Of a DNA stretch of 45,020 bases, positions 23,194 to 32,502 are shown piece after piece. Origin of the DNA: a virus. The stretch covers positions 1-45,020 of IMG/VR virus record IMGVR_UViG_3300034146_000005; one strand, 5' to 3'. Below the pieces are notes generated by a model. That model was not told the DNA's origin and searched no databases. It saw nothing but the letters and a program-made list of their open reading frames with translations. A program made the position numbers and the translations under genes. Within the stretch, counting starts at the first letter, position 1, and every line of letters starts with the position of its first letter.

Positions 23194-23445
23194 ATGCCTG
23201 ACAACAAGAAAGACGATGTAAACTCCCGCCCTCTGACTCCTAAAGATAAGGAACCTCAGAAGGACGAGACTGTACAGGACGCTGCAAACGAGGAAGCTCG
23301 TGAGCGTCGTGGTACGCAGTTTGGTGACAACACCTCTAGCACTGGTGAAGCCAACACTCGCGGTCTGCATGGCCGTGATGGTGGAGTTACTGGTCAGCCT
23401 GAAAGTGGTGGACCTCATAATCCGGTTGAACAGCGGGACAGCTAA
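23194..23445 (+). CDS. Hydrophilic, probably disordered protein (83 aa)
   Basis: K/D/E/G/T-rich with no hydrophobic core. GAAGGTGAAAG SD. Confidence 0.5.
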   Translation: MPDNKKDDVNSRPLTPKDKEPQKDETVQDAANEEARERRGTQFGDNTSSTGEANTRGLHGRDGGVTGQPESGGPHNPVEQRDS

Positions 23446-23473
23446 CCTTTCCTTTCGGGGTTAGCTAAACTCA

Positions 23474-23508
23474 GCCCTCCTGACACATGTTGGGAGGGCA
23501 CTTTTCTT
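23474..23508 (+). terminator. Rho-independent terminator (second of two tandem hairpins)
   Basis: GCCCTCC tgacacatgttg GGAGGGC followed by aCTTTTCTT. It is preceded by the hairpin AGCTAACC N11 GGTTAGCT (23440-23466), which includes the stop codon. Confidence 0.65.
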
Positions 23509-23518
23509 GGAGGATACT

Positions 23519-23680
23519 ATGACACGCGCGGAAGAGATAGTGGAGCGCATCCGTGGTATTGACTATTGGGAGGGGAATGGCAACGATCTGATAGATTGGG
23601 TAGAGAAGGGATATGTGGACCATGGGGATCGAATAGAACGCAATCCAAGATGGATACCGTTAGAGAGTGATAAGGAATGA
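23519..23680 (+). CDS. Hypothetical protein (53 aa), not in the ORF track
   Basis: ATG 6 nt after GGAGGA. MTRAEEIVERIRGIDYWEGNGNDLIDWVEKGYVDHGDRIERNPRWIPLESDKE. ATGA overlap with the next gene. Confidence 0.45.
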   Translation: MTRAEEIVERIRGIDYWEGNGNDLIDWVEKGYVDHGDRIERNPRWIPLESDKE

Positions 23681-24933
23681 GCCGTGTCAAGTACCAAAAG
23701 CTGGTTCCACCGACTTCTTTCGTTGGAAGATACCTTGACTACTCGCTACCGAGTGAGACGCCATTCGCATATGATTTTTGGACTGCGCTCTGGCTTCTCT
23801 CAGTCGCATTGGGCAGAGGCGTTGTGGTTGATCGGCCTAGTGCGCCTGTTTATCTCAATCTGTTTTGTATCCTTGTTGCGGAAAGTGGTGTCACTAGAAA
23901 GAGTACCGCTGTTCGCCGTGCCATGGGTTTTGCTCGGCCTATGTTGGTTGATAGCAGTACTCATCTACTTGTGGAAAGTAAGATAACACCGGAGAAACTA
24001 GAATATGACCTCGCACTCCAAACCCTTGAGCATGGAACAGCTTTTGCAAGTATTGCCATCGATGAGCTTGTTAAGTTCCTTGGCAAAGAAAGATACGTCG
24101 AACAAATGCCAACCCTTCTCACAGACCTTTATGACTCTCCCACTATTAGAACAGGAGGGGGCAGCCTTATCAGAGGGCGCACAACACTTCGGAATGTCTA
24201 CATTAACTTCCTTTCTGCATCGACACCCTCTTGGCTACTGCGGGCCGTTAATCCTGATGTTATCGAAGGGGGTTTCACCTCGAGAGTCATCTTCGTAGTA
24301 GCAGAAGAACCCAAACGCAGAGCGCCTTGGCCGGAGAAGCCTAGTGAACAAGCGAGCATTGACATACGAACTGCTCTCGATGATATACGTCAACAGGCAT
24401 TGCGTACGCCCTCTATCAGAGTTACCGAAGGTGCTAGAAAGACTTTCGACTCATGGTATAGATCCCGTAGTCTACACAGAGATCCCTTTAGAGCGTCCTT
24501 TCAGTCTAGAGAAGATGGGCATATCCTTCGAGTCGCTGCTCTCTTGGCCGTCAACGATGGATCGTGGGAAATACAACGTCCACATATTACTTCTGCAATC
24601 AGGGTCATTACAGAGGTTAGAGAGGACGGCGCAGCTATATTTGAAGGAACCGGTTCGGGCAGCAAACTCGTGTTGGGAGTTGATGCTCTACGAGATAAGC
24701 TCATCGCAGCTGGGGCTGGTGGAATCAAACAAAGTGAGTTGACCAAGGCCCTACAACATCACATGAACGCAGAGCAGATCAAGACAGCACTAGACATCAT
24801 GCACGATCTACAGATGGTAGCGCGCTTCGATGGTGTGTCTGTTGGGAAGGGACGGCCAACAACAATATGGAGAGCAACACAATCGCTGCTCTCTACGAAG
24901 GCTTTGGATAGTATTATTGAACAGGTGCGATAG
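23677..24933 (+). CDS. DUF3987-like P-loop protein with C-terminal winged-helix (candidate replicative helicase/initiator)
   Basis: PVYLNLFCILVAESGVTRKST (degenerate Walker A), RVIFVVAEE (Walker B-like), C-terminal IKQSELTKAL...GKGRPTTIWR (wHTH-like). Confidence 0.5.
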   Translation: MSRVKYQKLVPPTSFVGRYLDYSLPSETPFAYDFWTALWLLSVALGRGVVVDRPSAPVYLNLFCILVAESGVTRKSTAVRRAMGFARPMLVDSSTHLLVESKITPEKLEYDLALQTLEHGTAFASIAIDELVKFLGKERYVEQMPTLLTDLYDSPTIRTGGGSLIRGRTTLRNVYINFLSASTPSWLLRAVNPDVIEGGFTSRVIFVVAEEPKRRAPWPEKPSEQASIDIRTALDDIRQQALRTPSIRVTEGARKTFDSWYRSRSLHRDPFRASFQSREDGHILRVAALLAVNDGSWEIQRPHITSAIRVITEVREDGAAIFEGTGSGSKLVLGVDALRDKLIAAGAGGIKQSELTKALQHHMNAEQIKTALDIMHDLQMVARFDGVSVGKGRPTTIWRATQSLLSTKALDSIIEQVR

Positions 24934-27900
24934 GTGTCATATAATCATCAGGATTGTAGCCGTCAAAACTGAAGTCCGGATCACCTATCCTCTGCCGTAT
25001 ATCATTCTCTACTTGCTCAATGAGTTGACGCTTCAATAGGTTGTAATACTTCCTCTGTTGCGTCAACTCATTCAGTGTTACATTCTTCTCATTGGCAGTC
25101 TTAGTGCGAGGCTCCTTGCCAGTGAAGTCAATCCCGTATCCATTACGGAGAGCCTCACTCTGCTTAGCCAGGTTACTCAACTCTTGGTTGATAGTCTGCC
25201 ATTCATTGCTACGGTTTAGCAGAGCCGTAAGTCCCCCAATAATCTCGTTAGCAGTGCCAGCAACCTGCGGCAACATATGTGGAGCATCAACAGGAAGGGG
25301 AGCCATCTTGCCAATAGTGGTATTGGTAGACTGTCCCATCCTGATGAAGTCATTAGTCATGAGAGTAGTTGCGGCATCTATACCCTTCTGCTTGTCATGA
25401 ACCACATTCCAGTTGGTATCCGCAACAGAGTTCAAACGCTCATATCCAGAGAAGAGAAGAGGTGTAGTCACACCTGATCCCTTAGCCATAGTATCACGAT
25501 ACCGCTCGGTTGCAGCTTCAAGCGCATGGATTGGCTCATTGGTAGCACTGAATGCTCTATAGGCATCGTTTGCCATGTTCATCATCCCTTGGCCGAACGT
25601 GCCAAGCAGTGACGTAATCATGTTCTCAGTGTAACCACTGGTTAAGCTGTCCGGCCGCTTCTCATCAGCATCGAATCCACTCAAGCTCTGTGTACGAACT
25701 GGTGATGCCTCACCACTGATTCTCGTCATACCGGGATCAATACCAGCATAAGCAAATGCAGCGTTCACACCGGGTAGAGCTTCTGGAGTATACGGATTGT
25801 TAGCCTTTATAGCCTCCCATGCAGCCGTTCCAGCGTCCTCTCTCATTCCCTCTTCATCGTAGTCACCCTCAAGCCAAGTTGAAAGTGCTTGCATGACGTC
25901 ACCATTCCAGTTGCCATCATGTGCACCTGTAACGTGATCGAGTACAGCGAATGCAGGACCAAGACTCAGACGAAGGAATGGATCAATGGGAATCTCTGCT
26001 CCACCAAACGTGGTGACAGATGATGCCTTCTGTGATGCAGTCTTGTTCTTGTGTTGCTCTGCTGCATCTGGATCAGTAGCAAGAGCAAGATAGTGCATAG
26101 CTGTGAGAGGGATAGCAACAGATGCAAAGTTACCTGCGAACTCTACAGGATTCTTGAGCATTCGAGTTCCAACACCGTGGAGGGTCTGGATACTCAGGTT
26201 AGCATACATGAAGCTACTAGTGATCTTGTTGAATATATCACTGCCACCATGTTGTGCACTGTCAATACTGATTCTACGAGCTTGAGATGCAAGCTTCGCG
26301 AGGTTAGGATTCCTGCTCCTGTTGGCCGCAACCATACTATATCGGAAGCCGTTGTGCATAGCCTCCAACAGATTGCCATATGCAGTTGCAAGGCTATCCG
26401 AACGGGCACGAGCAAATGCAGACTTACCTTGAGATAACATCATCTGATAGGTAGTTGCCTTCCTACCATTGGCCCACTCTTCTGTGGTATCCTTAGCGAG
26501 CTTTGCAGCCATGTCACTAGAGAACTTAGGAGTGATCCCCTCCAATCCACTCATCACAGAAGATGGATCAGGAGAGCCGTGCATCGTGAGTGAGGTAATG
26601 CCAAGATCATCCATCAGTGACTTGACACTGTTCTCATATGCTCCCTGTAGATGATCTCTAAGAGTCGTGAGCCTCTGAGTTCCGAGTGTATCACGCAACC
26701 ACGAGTGTTCTCTAATCAAGTGTTCACTCATGGTCTGTGCCATATTGCCACGAATGTTGTCCCATCCGTATCGTGCGGCACCAGTGAAGGCGGATACTAG
26801 AGCGGTCGGATCAAGTCTACCGATCGACAGGTTGGGATTGATGTTGGACAGCATCTCATTGATAAGACCCAGATGAACATCTTTGGGCTTGTTCAACATG
26901 CCAATAGTAGTATCATACAGTGGCGACTTGAAGATCGAGAAACCATTCACCAGTGTACCGAGCGGGCCAGTGATAGTGTTCTGTGCTACCTGTCGCATCA
27001 TCTCTGTAGCTTGCCAAGTGGCACGAGGCTGGAACTCAAGAGCATTGAACAATCTCTCATCGTTCACCTTGTAGACCACACTCCTACCATTCACAGTAAC
27101 ACGATGGATACCCTTCTCAGTATCTGGAGCTACACCACTAGGTAGACGACGAACAAGTGGAACAGTCCTACCATCAACAGATGTTGTGGCTCCACTCACA
27201 GTCATATTCTCGAGCCACTGCGCGCGAAGATCGTTCACCTCTGCACGGCGAATCTCACTAGCCCAATCCTCGAATAGAAGGTTGAATGGATTGCCAACAC
27301 CTGTTTGGCCTTGGACACCGAAGCCTTCATCTTCTGCACGAGTGAAGCCCGGAGCCATGCGGTTCTCATTAGCATTGAATGGTCGTGCCTCTCCCGGTTT
27401 GGCTTCTGTCTCCAAATCTCTAGACAGTCTGACATAGTTAGGACGCTTGGTTGCAAGTTCACGTGCAGCATCAACAGTAATCATCCCACGATCAACACGG
27501 AACTTGAGAAGATCCTGATACCCACGGACAACAGCATCCATGTGTTTGACAAACTTAGGATTGGAACGTGCTGTGTGGACCATCGCACGGAGTTGTGCAG
27601 GAGTTACATCAGTACCGAACCGATCTTTGTTCAGTGCAGCCAGTGATCCAGTGCGATCAAAGTCATCTAGTGCAGACTGAGCAACCAGTGCATCCTCTAC
27701 CGCACGCTGTTCATTGATGTCCAACTCCTTGGCAAATGCCTCAGCCTGTGGAGCAAGCTTCACTGTCCTGATGTTAGTCTTAGGAGCCTTACCAGTACGG
27801 AAGAAGTTAGAGGCTCTAGCACCAATACTCACGTTGTTGATAAGATCAGCGTTAAACTTGTATTCATCAGCCTGTTGAGGAGATAGCCACTCATCAGCAG

Positions 27901-28966
27901 CGTTGCGAAGTGGCTGATCCTGCTGGATGAAGTTCGTGCGGAATCTCTCCAAGGCTCCAGCCTTAGACCTACGGAACTTCTTACCAACGAATCGTGGTGG
28001 GGATGCAGTTGCCTCTTGGATACGAGACTTGATAAGTGATGGAGCGTATCTAGCGGCTACACCAGCCAAACCGATAGCACCAATCGCCGCTCCTGCTTCC
28101 TGCCAACTCCATTCCTTCTCTATATCCTCAGCTTCCATAGCCAAGATGGGATCATCAGCTTGTGGATTGAGTAGAGAATCAAACTCTTGGTCCTCTGAGA
28201 GTAACGCTCCCGACGTATCAGGTTCCATCCCTGCTGATATAAGCATATCGAACTCAGGATCAGGAGCTTCCTCCTCTTGTCCAGTGATTAGAGGAAGGAC
28301 AGAACCCTTGTAGTCTGGATCACTGACATCTGCAACAACATCGGCGATGGGAGTTACAATGCCAGTGCTGATTGTTGCACCCTTCGCACCTGTTTGACGA
28401 AGAGGAAGTGCAATCTCAGCAGCTACAGTTGCAGTTGTCTTTACTGGCTTGGGAAGGGCACGTGCTTTGGTTACAACCTTAGCTCCACCGGGGACCTTAG
28501 AAACAGCACGGCCAACTGTTGCACCTTTTGGACCGGGAATAGCAAGTCCACCAAGTACACGTGCACCCATCTCACTCATGTTTCTGGGATTCTGAATGCC
28601 TAGAGTCTTATTGGTACGTTCGTTGGCTACTGTCAACCTCTCCATAGAGTTGTTGACATAGCGCTCAAATGTGTTGCTGCCATCGAACGGCTTTCCGTCA
28701 TTCCTGCGGTTGATTAGTGACGCAACGAGTCCTACTGGAGCAGCAGCGACATCGAGAATTGCAGGACGATAACCTCCAACTGCACCCTTCTCGCCCTTAC
28801 GAGCAGAGTTAGCAACAGTGCCTTCAACTGCACCTGCTGCACCCTGTTGCAACCCCTTCCTAGCAGTCTTACCCTTAATGGGAATGACACCACCAGTTGG
28901 GAGTGGAATTGTGATAGGCGTTTCGTCAATTATCCGTCTGAGATAATCTTTCCAACTCTCAGCCAT
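24914..28966 (-). CDS. Large internal virion / DNA-ejection protein (1350 aa)
   Basis: Largest ORF and last gene of the virion arm, following three other internal-protein-like genes, as with gp16-class proteins of podoviruses. No catalytic motif recognised. Confidence 0.6.
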   Translation of the reverse strand: MAESWKDYLRRIIDETPITIPLPTGGVIPIKGKTARKGLQQGAAGAVEGTVANSARKGEKGAVGGYRPAILDVAAAPVGLVASLINRRNDGKPFDGSNTFERYVNNSMERLTVANERTNKTLGIQNPRNMSEMGARVLGGLAIPGPKGATVGRAVSKVPGGAKVVTKARALPKPVKTTATVAAEIALPLRQTGAKGATISTGIVTPIADVVADVSDPDYKGSVLPLITGQEEEAPDPEFDMLISAGMEPDTSGALLSEDQEFDSLLNPQADDPILAMEAEDIEKEWSWQEAGAAIGAIGLAGVAARYAPSLIKSRIQEATASPPRFVGKKFRRSKAGALERFRTNFIQQDQPLRNAADEWLSPQQADEYKFNADLINNVSIGARASNFFRTGKAPKTNIRTVKLAPQAEAFAKELDINEQRAVEDALVAQSALDDFDRTGSLAALNKDRFGTDVTPAQLRAMVHTARSNPKFVKHMDAVVRGYQDLLKFRVDRGMITVDAARELATKRPNYVRLSRDLETEAKPGEARPFNANENRMAPGFTRAEDEGFGVQGQTGVGNPFNLLFEDWASEIRRAEVNDLRAQWLENMTVSGATTSVDGRTVPLVRRLPSGVAPDTEKGIHRVTVNGRSVVYKVNDERLFNALEFQPRATWQATEMMRQVAQNTITGPLGTLVNGFSIFKSPLYDTTIGMLNKPKDVHLGLINEMLSNINPNLSIGRLDPTALVSAFTGAARYGWDNIRGNMAQTMSEHLIREHSWLRDTLGTQRLTTLRDHLQGAYENSVKSLMDDLGITSLTMHGSPDPSSVMSGLEGITPKFSSDMAAKLAKDTTEEWANGRKATTYQMMLSQGKSAFARARSDSLATAYGNLLEAMHNGFRYSMVAANRSRNPNLAKLASQARRISIDSAQHGGSDIFNKITSSFMYANLSIQTLHGVGTRMLKNPVEFAGNFASVAIPLTAMHYLALATDPDAAEQHKNKTASQKASSVTTFGGAEIPIDPFLRLSLGPAFAVLDHVTGAHDGNWNGDVMQALSTWLEGDYDEEGMREDAGTAAWEAIKANNPYTPEALPGVNAAFAYAGIDPGMTRISGEASPVRTQSLSGFDADEKRPDSLTSGYTENMITSLLGTFGQGMMNMANDAYRAFSATNEPIHALEAATERYRDTMAKGSGVTTPLLFSGYERLNSVADTNWNVVHDKQKGIDAATTLMTNDFIRMGQSTNTTIGKMAPLPVDAPHMLPQVAGTANEIIGGLTALLNRSNEWQTINQELSNLAKQSEALRNGYGIDFTGKEPRTKTANEKNVTLNELTQQRKYYNLLKRQLIEQVENDIRQRIGDPDFSFDGYNPDDYMTPIAPVQ

Positions 28967-30342
28967 TACAACTTCTCACCATTCGGACCAACGCGCATCA
29001 CACGGCCAGTCTTTGGATTAGTAATCACAAGGACTCCACCTTCACGAGCAACCTGATAGCCCTGTCGTTGAGCGTTGGCAGCAATTGCGGCATGATTTAC
29101 AGGCTTCTGTTGTGGAGCAGGAGAATTTCCACCACCATAACCAGCAACAGAAACCTTATTGCCTGCATTGGGTTTGGTAGATGGCCCACCACCTAGGACA
29201 ACATGCCAATGTGGTCCTGTTGCATGTTTGGATGGATTGGTGTACTCGTTCTTCTTCTCGATTACTGTATAACCAGCATCCTCGTACTTCTTCACATATT
29301 GTTCAAAGGTCATACCGGGAACAGCCGCACTATCAATTGCTGCACCACTTCTTGTGTGCCAAGAGTTCGGATTCTTCTTTCCCAGAGCACTATTCGGATC
29401 ACGTTTATGATCGGTGATACGAATACCCGGAAACAAAGATTCCGCTATGCTCTTAGCATTAGCAACTGGCTGAGCATTGGCGGCTGGAGTAGCTGATGCA
29501 CCGCCGCCTTGTGCACCAGCCTTAGGGTTTACACCGGGTGGAAGCTGATAACCTTCTGCCTCAAACTGTTCAGGACTGCCTTCGATAACCCACTTAGGCT
29601 TACCGTATGGATCAATCTCCATCTTCCACTTGATGCCATCTCCATCAGGATCAGTGCCATACATCTGGCGATACTTTGCCTTGGCTTCTGCAAGTTCAAG
29701 ATCCTGTTCGTGGGTACGTGCGTTGGTTCGTGCAGTCACATCACCGGGATTCATATACACGCCGTACTGAACAGCATTCTCTGGATTCTCGAGAGGACTA
29801 CGCATGAAGGCAGAAACATCAGTTGGTGCAGGACCAAATCCTGCATCAGCGAGGTTCTTGATTGCCTCTGCCCTTGTTCCCTGATTGCCTGCAACATCAG
29901 TATCGAGTCTGATAGCATTTGCAGCGCTGGAAAGAACAGGATCGTCTTGAATACGCGAACGTCCATTGGCATCAGTCAAGACGCCATACTGTCCATGCAG
30001 GGGCTTGTCTATCTTACTGAACACCGCCTCTTGTAGACCGTAGTATCCTTCCGTCTCTGCAAGCTGTTGTTGTGCCCTTTGTGCAGCGGCGAGTTGTGCT
30101 TCGTAAGACTTCTGTTCGTTGTCGGCAGCAAGAGCCAGAGCACCATGACGCATAATGTCAGCGCCGCTAGCACCAGTAGACTGTCCTAGAGACTGTGCAT
30201 ACGCTGGATTGTAGACACCATATATCTGTGCCTCTGGACCAATAGTCTTGGTCTTGCCACGACTCAGATCGAGCCCATAAGTAGCTGCTTGAGTTGCCTC
30301 CTCAATTGCACGACGAGGAGCACCACTAGAGTTTCTCGGCAT
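28966..30342 (-). CDS. Internal virion protein with C-terminal M15-family (VanY/LAS-type) zinc peptidase domain
   Basis: ITDHKRDPNSALGKKNPNSWHTRSGAAIDS...ATGPHWHVV matches the H..D / SxHxxGxAxD / HxH pattern of M15 cell-wall peptidases. Confidence 0.6.
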   Translation of the reverse strand: MPRNSSGAPRRAIEEATQAATYGLDLSRGKTKTIGPEAQIYGVYNPAYAQSLGQSTGASGADIMRHGALALAADNEQKSYEAQLAAAQRAQQQLAETEGYYGLQEAVFSKIDKPLHGQYGVLTDANGRSRIQDDPVLSSAANAIRLDTDVAGNQGTRAEAIKNLADAGFGPAPTDVSAFMRSPLENPENAVQYGVYMNPGDVTARTNARTHEQDLELAEAKAKYRQMYGTDPDGDGIKWKMEIDPYGKPKWVIEGSPEQFEAEGYQLPPGVNPKAGAQGGGASATPAANAQPVANAKSIAESLFPGIRITDHKRDPNSALGKKNPNSWHTRSGAAIDSAAVPGMTFEQYVKKYEDAGYTVIEKKNEYTNPSKHATGPHWHVVLGGGPSTKPNAGNKVSVAGYGGGNSPAPQQKPVNHAAIAANAQRQGYQVAREGGVLVITNPKTGRVMRVGPNGEKL

Positions 30343-30345
30343 TTG

Positions 30346-31323
30346 TTAGCTCCCCTTAATCAATTGGGAGATAAGATCACCACTACTAGAAATGAACTTA
30401 CCAGTTGGATTGTGAATCCTATTCGCCTCAGCAGTTGCGTAACCAGCACGAAGTCCAGCCGCTGCACCACCAAGTCCAGCAGCCGCAGTCCCACTACCAC
30501 CCTGTGCGATGTCGAACTTGCTAAGATCGAACTTCATTGCATCGCTATTCTTGGCATCTGCAATGCTTGCATATGGAGCAGGGGCATGTCCAGCATCATA
30601 AAATGCACCACCACGGTTGAACAACTCACCATAGCGATCCATCATGCCACTTTGCCTGCTTTGATTGATGCCTTCTCCAATCTGGAGAGCCTCCACTTCT
30701 GGATCACCAATCTGGGCTTGTGCACGAACCCTATCAACCGCAATACGCCTAAGAGCATCACTAATTGCAGAACTACCAGTGCGAGTTTGAAGTGTCGTTG
30801 CAGCCCTTTCAGCATCATCGAATCCCGCGTTTACTGCCGTTTGACGATTAAGACGCATACTAGCAGCAAGAGCGCTAGGATCAACACGACCAATCCCACG
30901 ACGAAAGTTAGACATGTCACCAGCCGTAGCTGATGCTTCGTTTGCAGCTTCACCACGCAAACGCTCGAAGTCACCAAGACCTTTACGCCTAATCTCTTGA
31001 TCGAGAGTGAGTCGTGCAGCCTCTTCTCTATCACTCAGGTCCTGCAACTGCTGTTGACGAGGACCAAGAGTAGTTCGATAGGTTCCGGTTGCAGCATCGT
31101 ATCCAGTAGAACCGCCATAAGGATCAACCGTAGTCGATCCTTTAGCCATGAGTTCTTTGGATAGACCCTGAATATATTTACTGATGTCGATCTGCTGATT
31201 AGCTAGATCACGATCAATCTTGAGTTGTTCAGCGGCTCTCTTGTTCTTCTTCTTATCAGCGAACAGCCCCATCAACCCACCGATGATACTACTACCGGCT
31301 TGCACTGCCATTACTGGATTCAT
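30346..31323 (-). CDS. Internal virion protein candidate (325 aa) with N-terminal TM segment
   Basis: MNPVMAVQAGSSIIGGLMGLFA followed by KKKNKR. A/G/R/D-rich helical remainder. ATGA coupling upstream. Confidence 0.5.
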   Translation of the reverse strand: MNPVMAVQAGSSIIGGLMGLFADKKKNKRAAEQLKIDRDLANQQIDISKYIQGLSKELMAKGSTTVDPYGGSTGYDAATGTYRTTLGPRQQQLQDLSDREEAARLTLDQEIRRKGLGDFERLRGEAANEASATAGDMSNFRRGIGRVDPSALAASMRLNRQTAVNAGFDDAERAATTLQTRTGSSAISDALRRIAVDRVRAQAQIGDPEVEALQIGEGINQSRQSGMMDRYGELFNRGGAFYDAGHAPAPYASIADAKNSDAMKFDLSKFDIAQGGSGTAAAGLGGAAAGLRAGYATAEANRIHNPTGKFISSSGDLISQLIKGS

Positions 31324-32081
31324 TAGAACGCTCCTTGCGAACCGAGTCCGCGTGTAACAGAGTTAGAACGTCTACGCTCTCGGAGCGCGGTAGCTACATC
31401 AGCGTCACGCATGTTGATTGCTCCCTGTGCTTGTCCTGCCTTGTTGTGGAAAGAGGAGAAGTCAAACAACTGCGTTCCACCGAGTGTATTCATCAAGTCA
31501 CCCGATGCATTCTTCTGTGCATTGCCAATTACTTCATTGGCTTCACTGATGTAGGGATCGAGTGAAAACTCTCTTCCGGGAGTATAGCCCGACGCTGCTG
31601 TGTACGCCTTATCCCGCACCGCGTCAGCACTGGTACGATACTTAGAGATAATATCGCCACCCAGAGAACGGAGCTTGGAACCCCCTGCAACGGCAGCAGA
31701 ATCAATAGCGGAGCGAGCGGCATTGTATCCAACATCATTGTAGATACCACGCGCTTTGCCTCGATCAACATATGTTTGTGCATTTCCTCTTTGCTCCGTT
31801 AGAATAGTGTTGATCGTGTCGTCTAGAAGGCTGCTGGCAATCGACTTCTGGCCGAAGTTAGCGCCAAAACGACTATCAACATCACGCAAGAGTTCTTGTC
31901 TCTTCTGCGCGACAGGATCAGGTGGGGGAGGAACAGGAACAGGCACCGGCGCGGGTACAGGAACAGGCGCAGGAACAGGAGTTGCTGTAGTCTGTGCAAC
32001 CATTTGAGGTGCAACAGAGACATTTGGAGGCATACCACCTTGAGATTGTAGATATGCCTCGAACCAGTTATTCGGCAACAT
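31323..32081 (-). CDS. Internal virion protein candidate (252 aa) with (Pro-Val/Ala)n linker
   Basis: TATPVPAPVPVPAPVPVPVPPPPDP near the N-terminus. First gene after the internal promoter at 32125-32152. Confidence 0.5.
   Translation of the reverse strand: MLPNNWFEAYLQSQGGMPPNVSVAPQMVAQTTATPVPAPVPVPAPVPVPVPPPPDPVAQKRQELLRDVDSRFGANFGQKSIASSLLDDTINTILTEQRGNAQTYVDRGKARGIYNDVGYNAARSAIDSAAVAGGSKLRSLGGDIISKYRTSADAVRDKAYTAASGYTPGREFSLDPYISEANEVIGNAQKNASGDLMNTLGGTQLFDFSSFHNKAGQAQGAINMRDADVATALRERRRSNSVTRGLGSQGAF
31915..31985 (-). repeat. Coding low-complexity tandem repeat (CCTGTTCCTG-type units) encoding the PV/PA linker
   Basis: Plus strand reads ggaacaggaacaggcaccggcgcgggtacaggaacaggcgcaggaacagga. 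Confidence 0.8.
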
Positions 32082-32124
32082 GTCAAGTGGTCCCCTTGGG
32101 GCTGTCGGGAGGGGCGACTACGCC

Positions 32125-32152
32125 AGTATATCGCCCTCGGCGGTTATGTCAA
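32125..32152 (-). promoter_or_regulatory. Class-II promoter inside the virion arm: GGGGGTTGACA-N16-TATACT
   Basis: Reverse complement of 32125-32157 reads gggggTTGACAtaaccgccgagggcgaTATACT. The -35 element overlaps the stop codon of gene 32149..32502. Confidence 0.55.
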
Positions 32153-32502
32153 CCCCCATCTTGAGGGTCATTGTCTTTTGGCTTGATATGTCCAACATCT
32201 CTAATCACACCACGATCTAACAAGTGAACAGTACTATCTCTAATCTGTCCAGCTTGTCTTTCCATACCACCATAGAGACGTTCTTGAAGCATTCGGATCT
32301 GTTGTTCAGCAGCATCCAACTTGCGTTCTAGACTCTCTACACGTTTTGCCCATTCACCCTCATCTTTCGCTGCCTGATCTTTGAGAACCTTATACATAGT
32401 TCTAAGACAGAAAGCATAACCAGCAGTAGCCCCTGTACTGAATGATAAAGCAATGATCCCACCGAGAGGACCAGCAAGTTCACTTGGACTGATCCCTATC
32501 AC
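32149..32502 (-). CDS. Membrane-anchored coiled-coil protein (117 aa); lysis accessory (antiholin/i-spanin-like) candidate
   Basis: GTG start. N-terminal TM (LGGIIALSFSTGATAGYAF) then EGEWAKRVESLERKLDAAEQQIRMLQERL. 23-nt overlap with the upstream holin-like gene. Confidence 0.5.
   Translation of the reverse strand: MIGISPSELAGPLGGIIALSFSTGATAGYAFCLRTMYKVLKDQAAKDEGEWAKRVESLERKLDAAEQQIRMLQERLYGGMERQAGQIRDSTVHLLDRGVIRDVGHIKPKDNDPQDGG

Noticed and set aside
29509-30933. Plus-strand ORFs of 175 and 214 aa (29509..30036 and 30289..30933), plus similar ones such as 2899..3426 and 40211..40744, inside the virion arm
   Set aside because: All are antisense to long, tightly coupled minus-strand genes. 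They lack start signals and have Cys/Ser/Ile/Leu-rich compositions not seen in real proteins.
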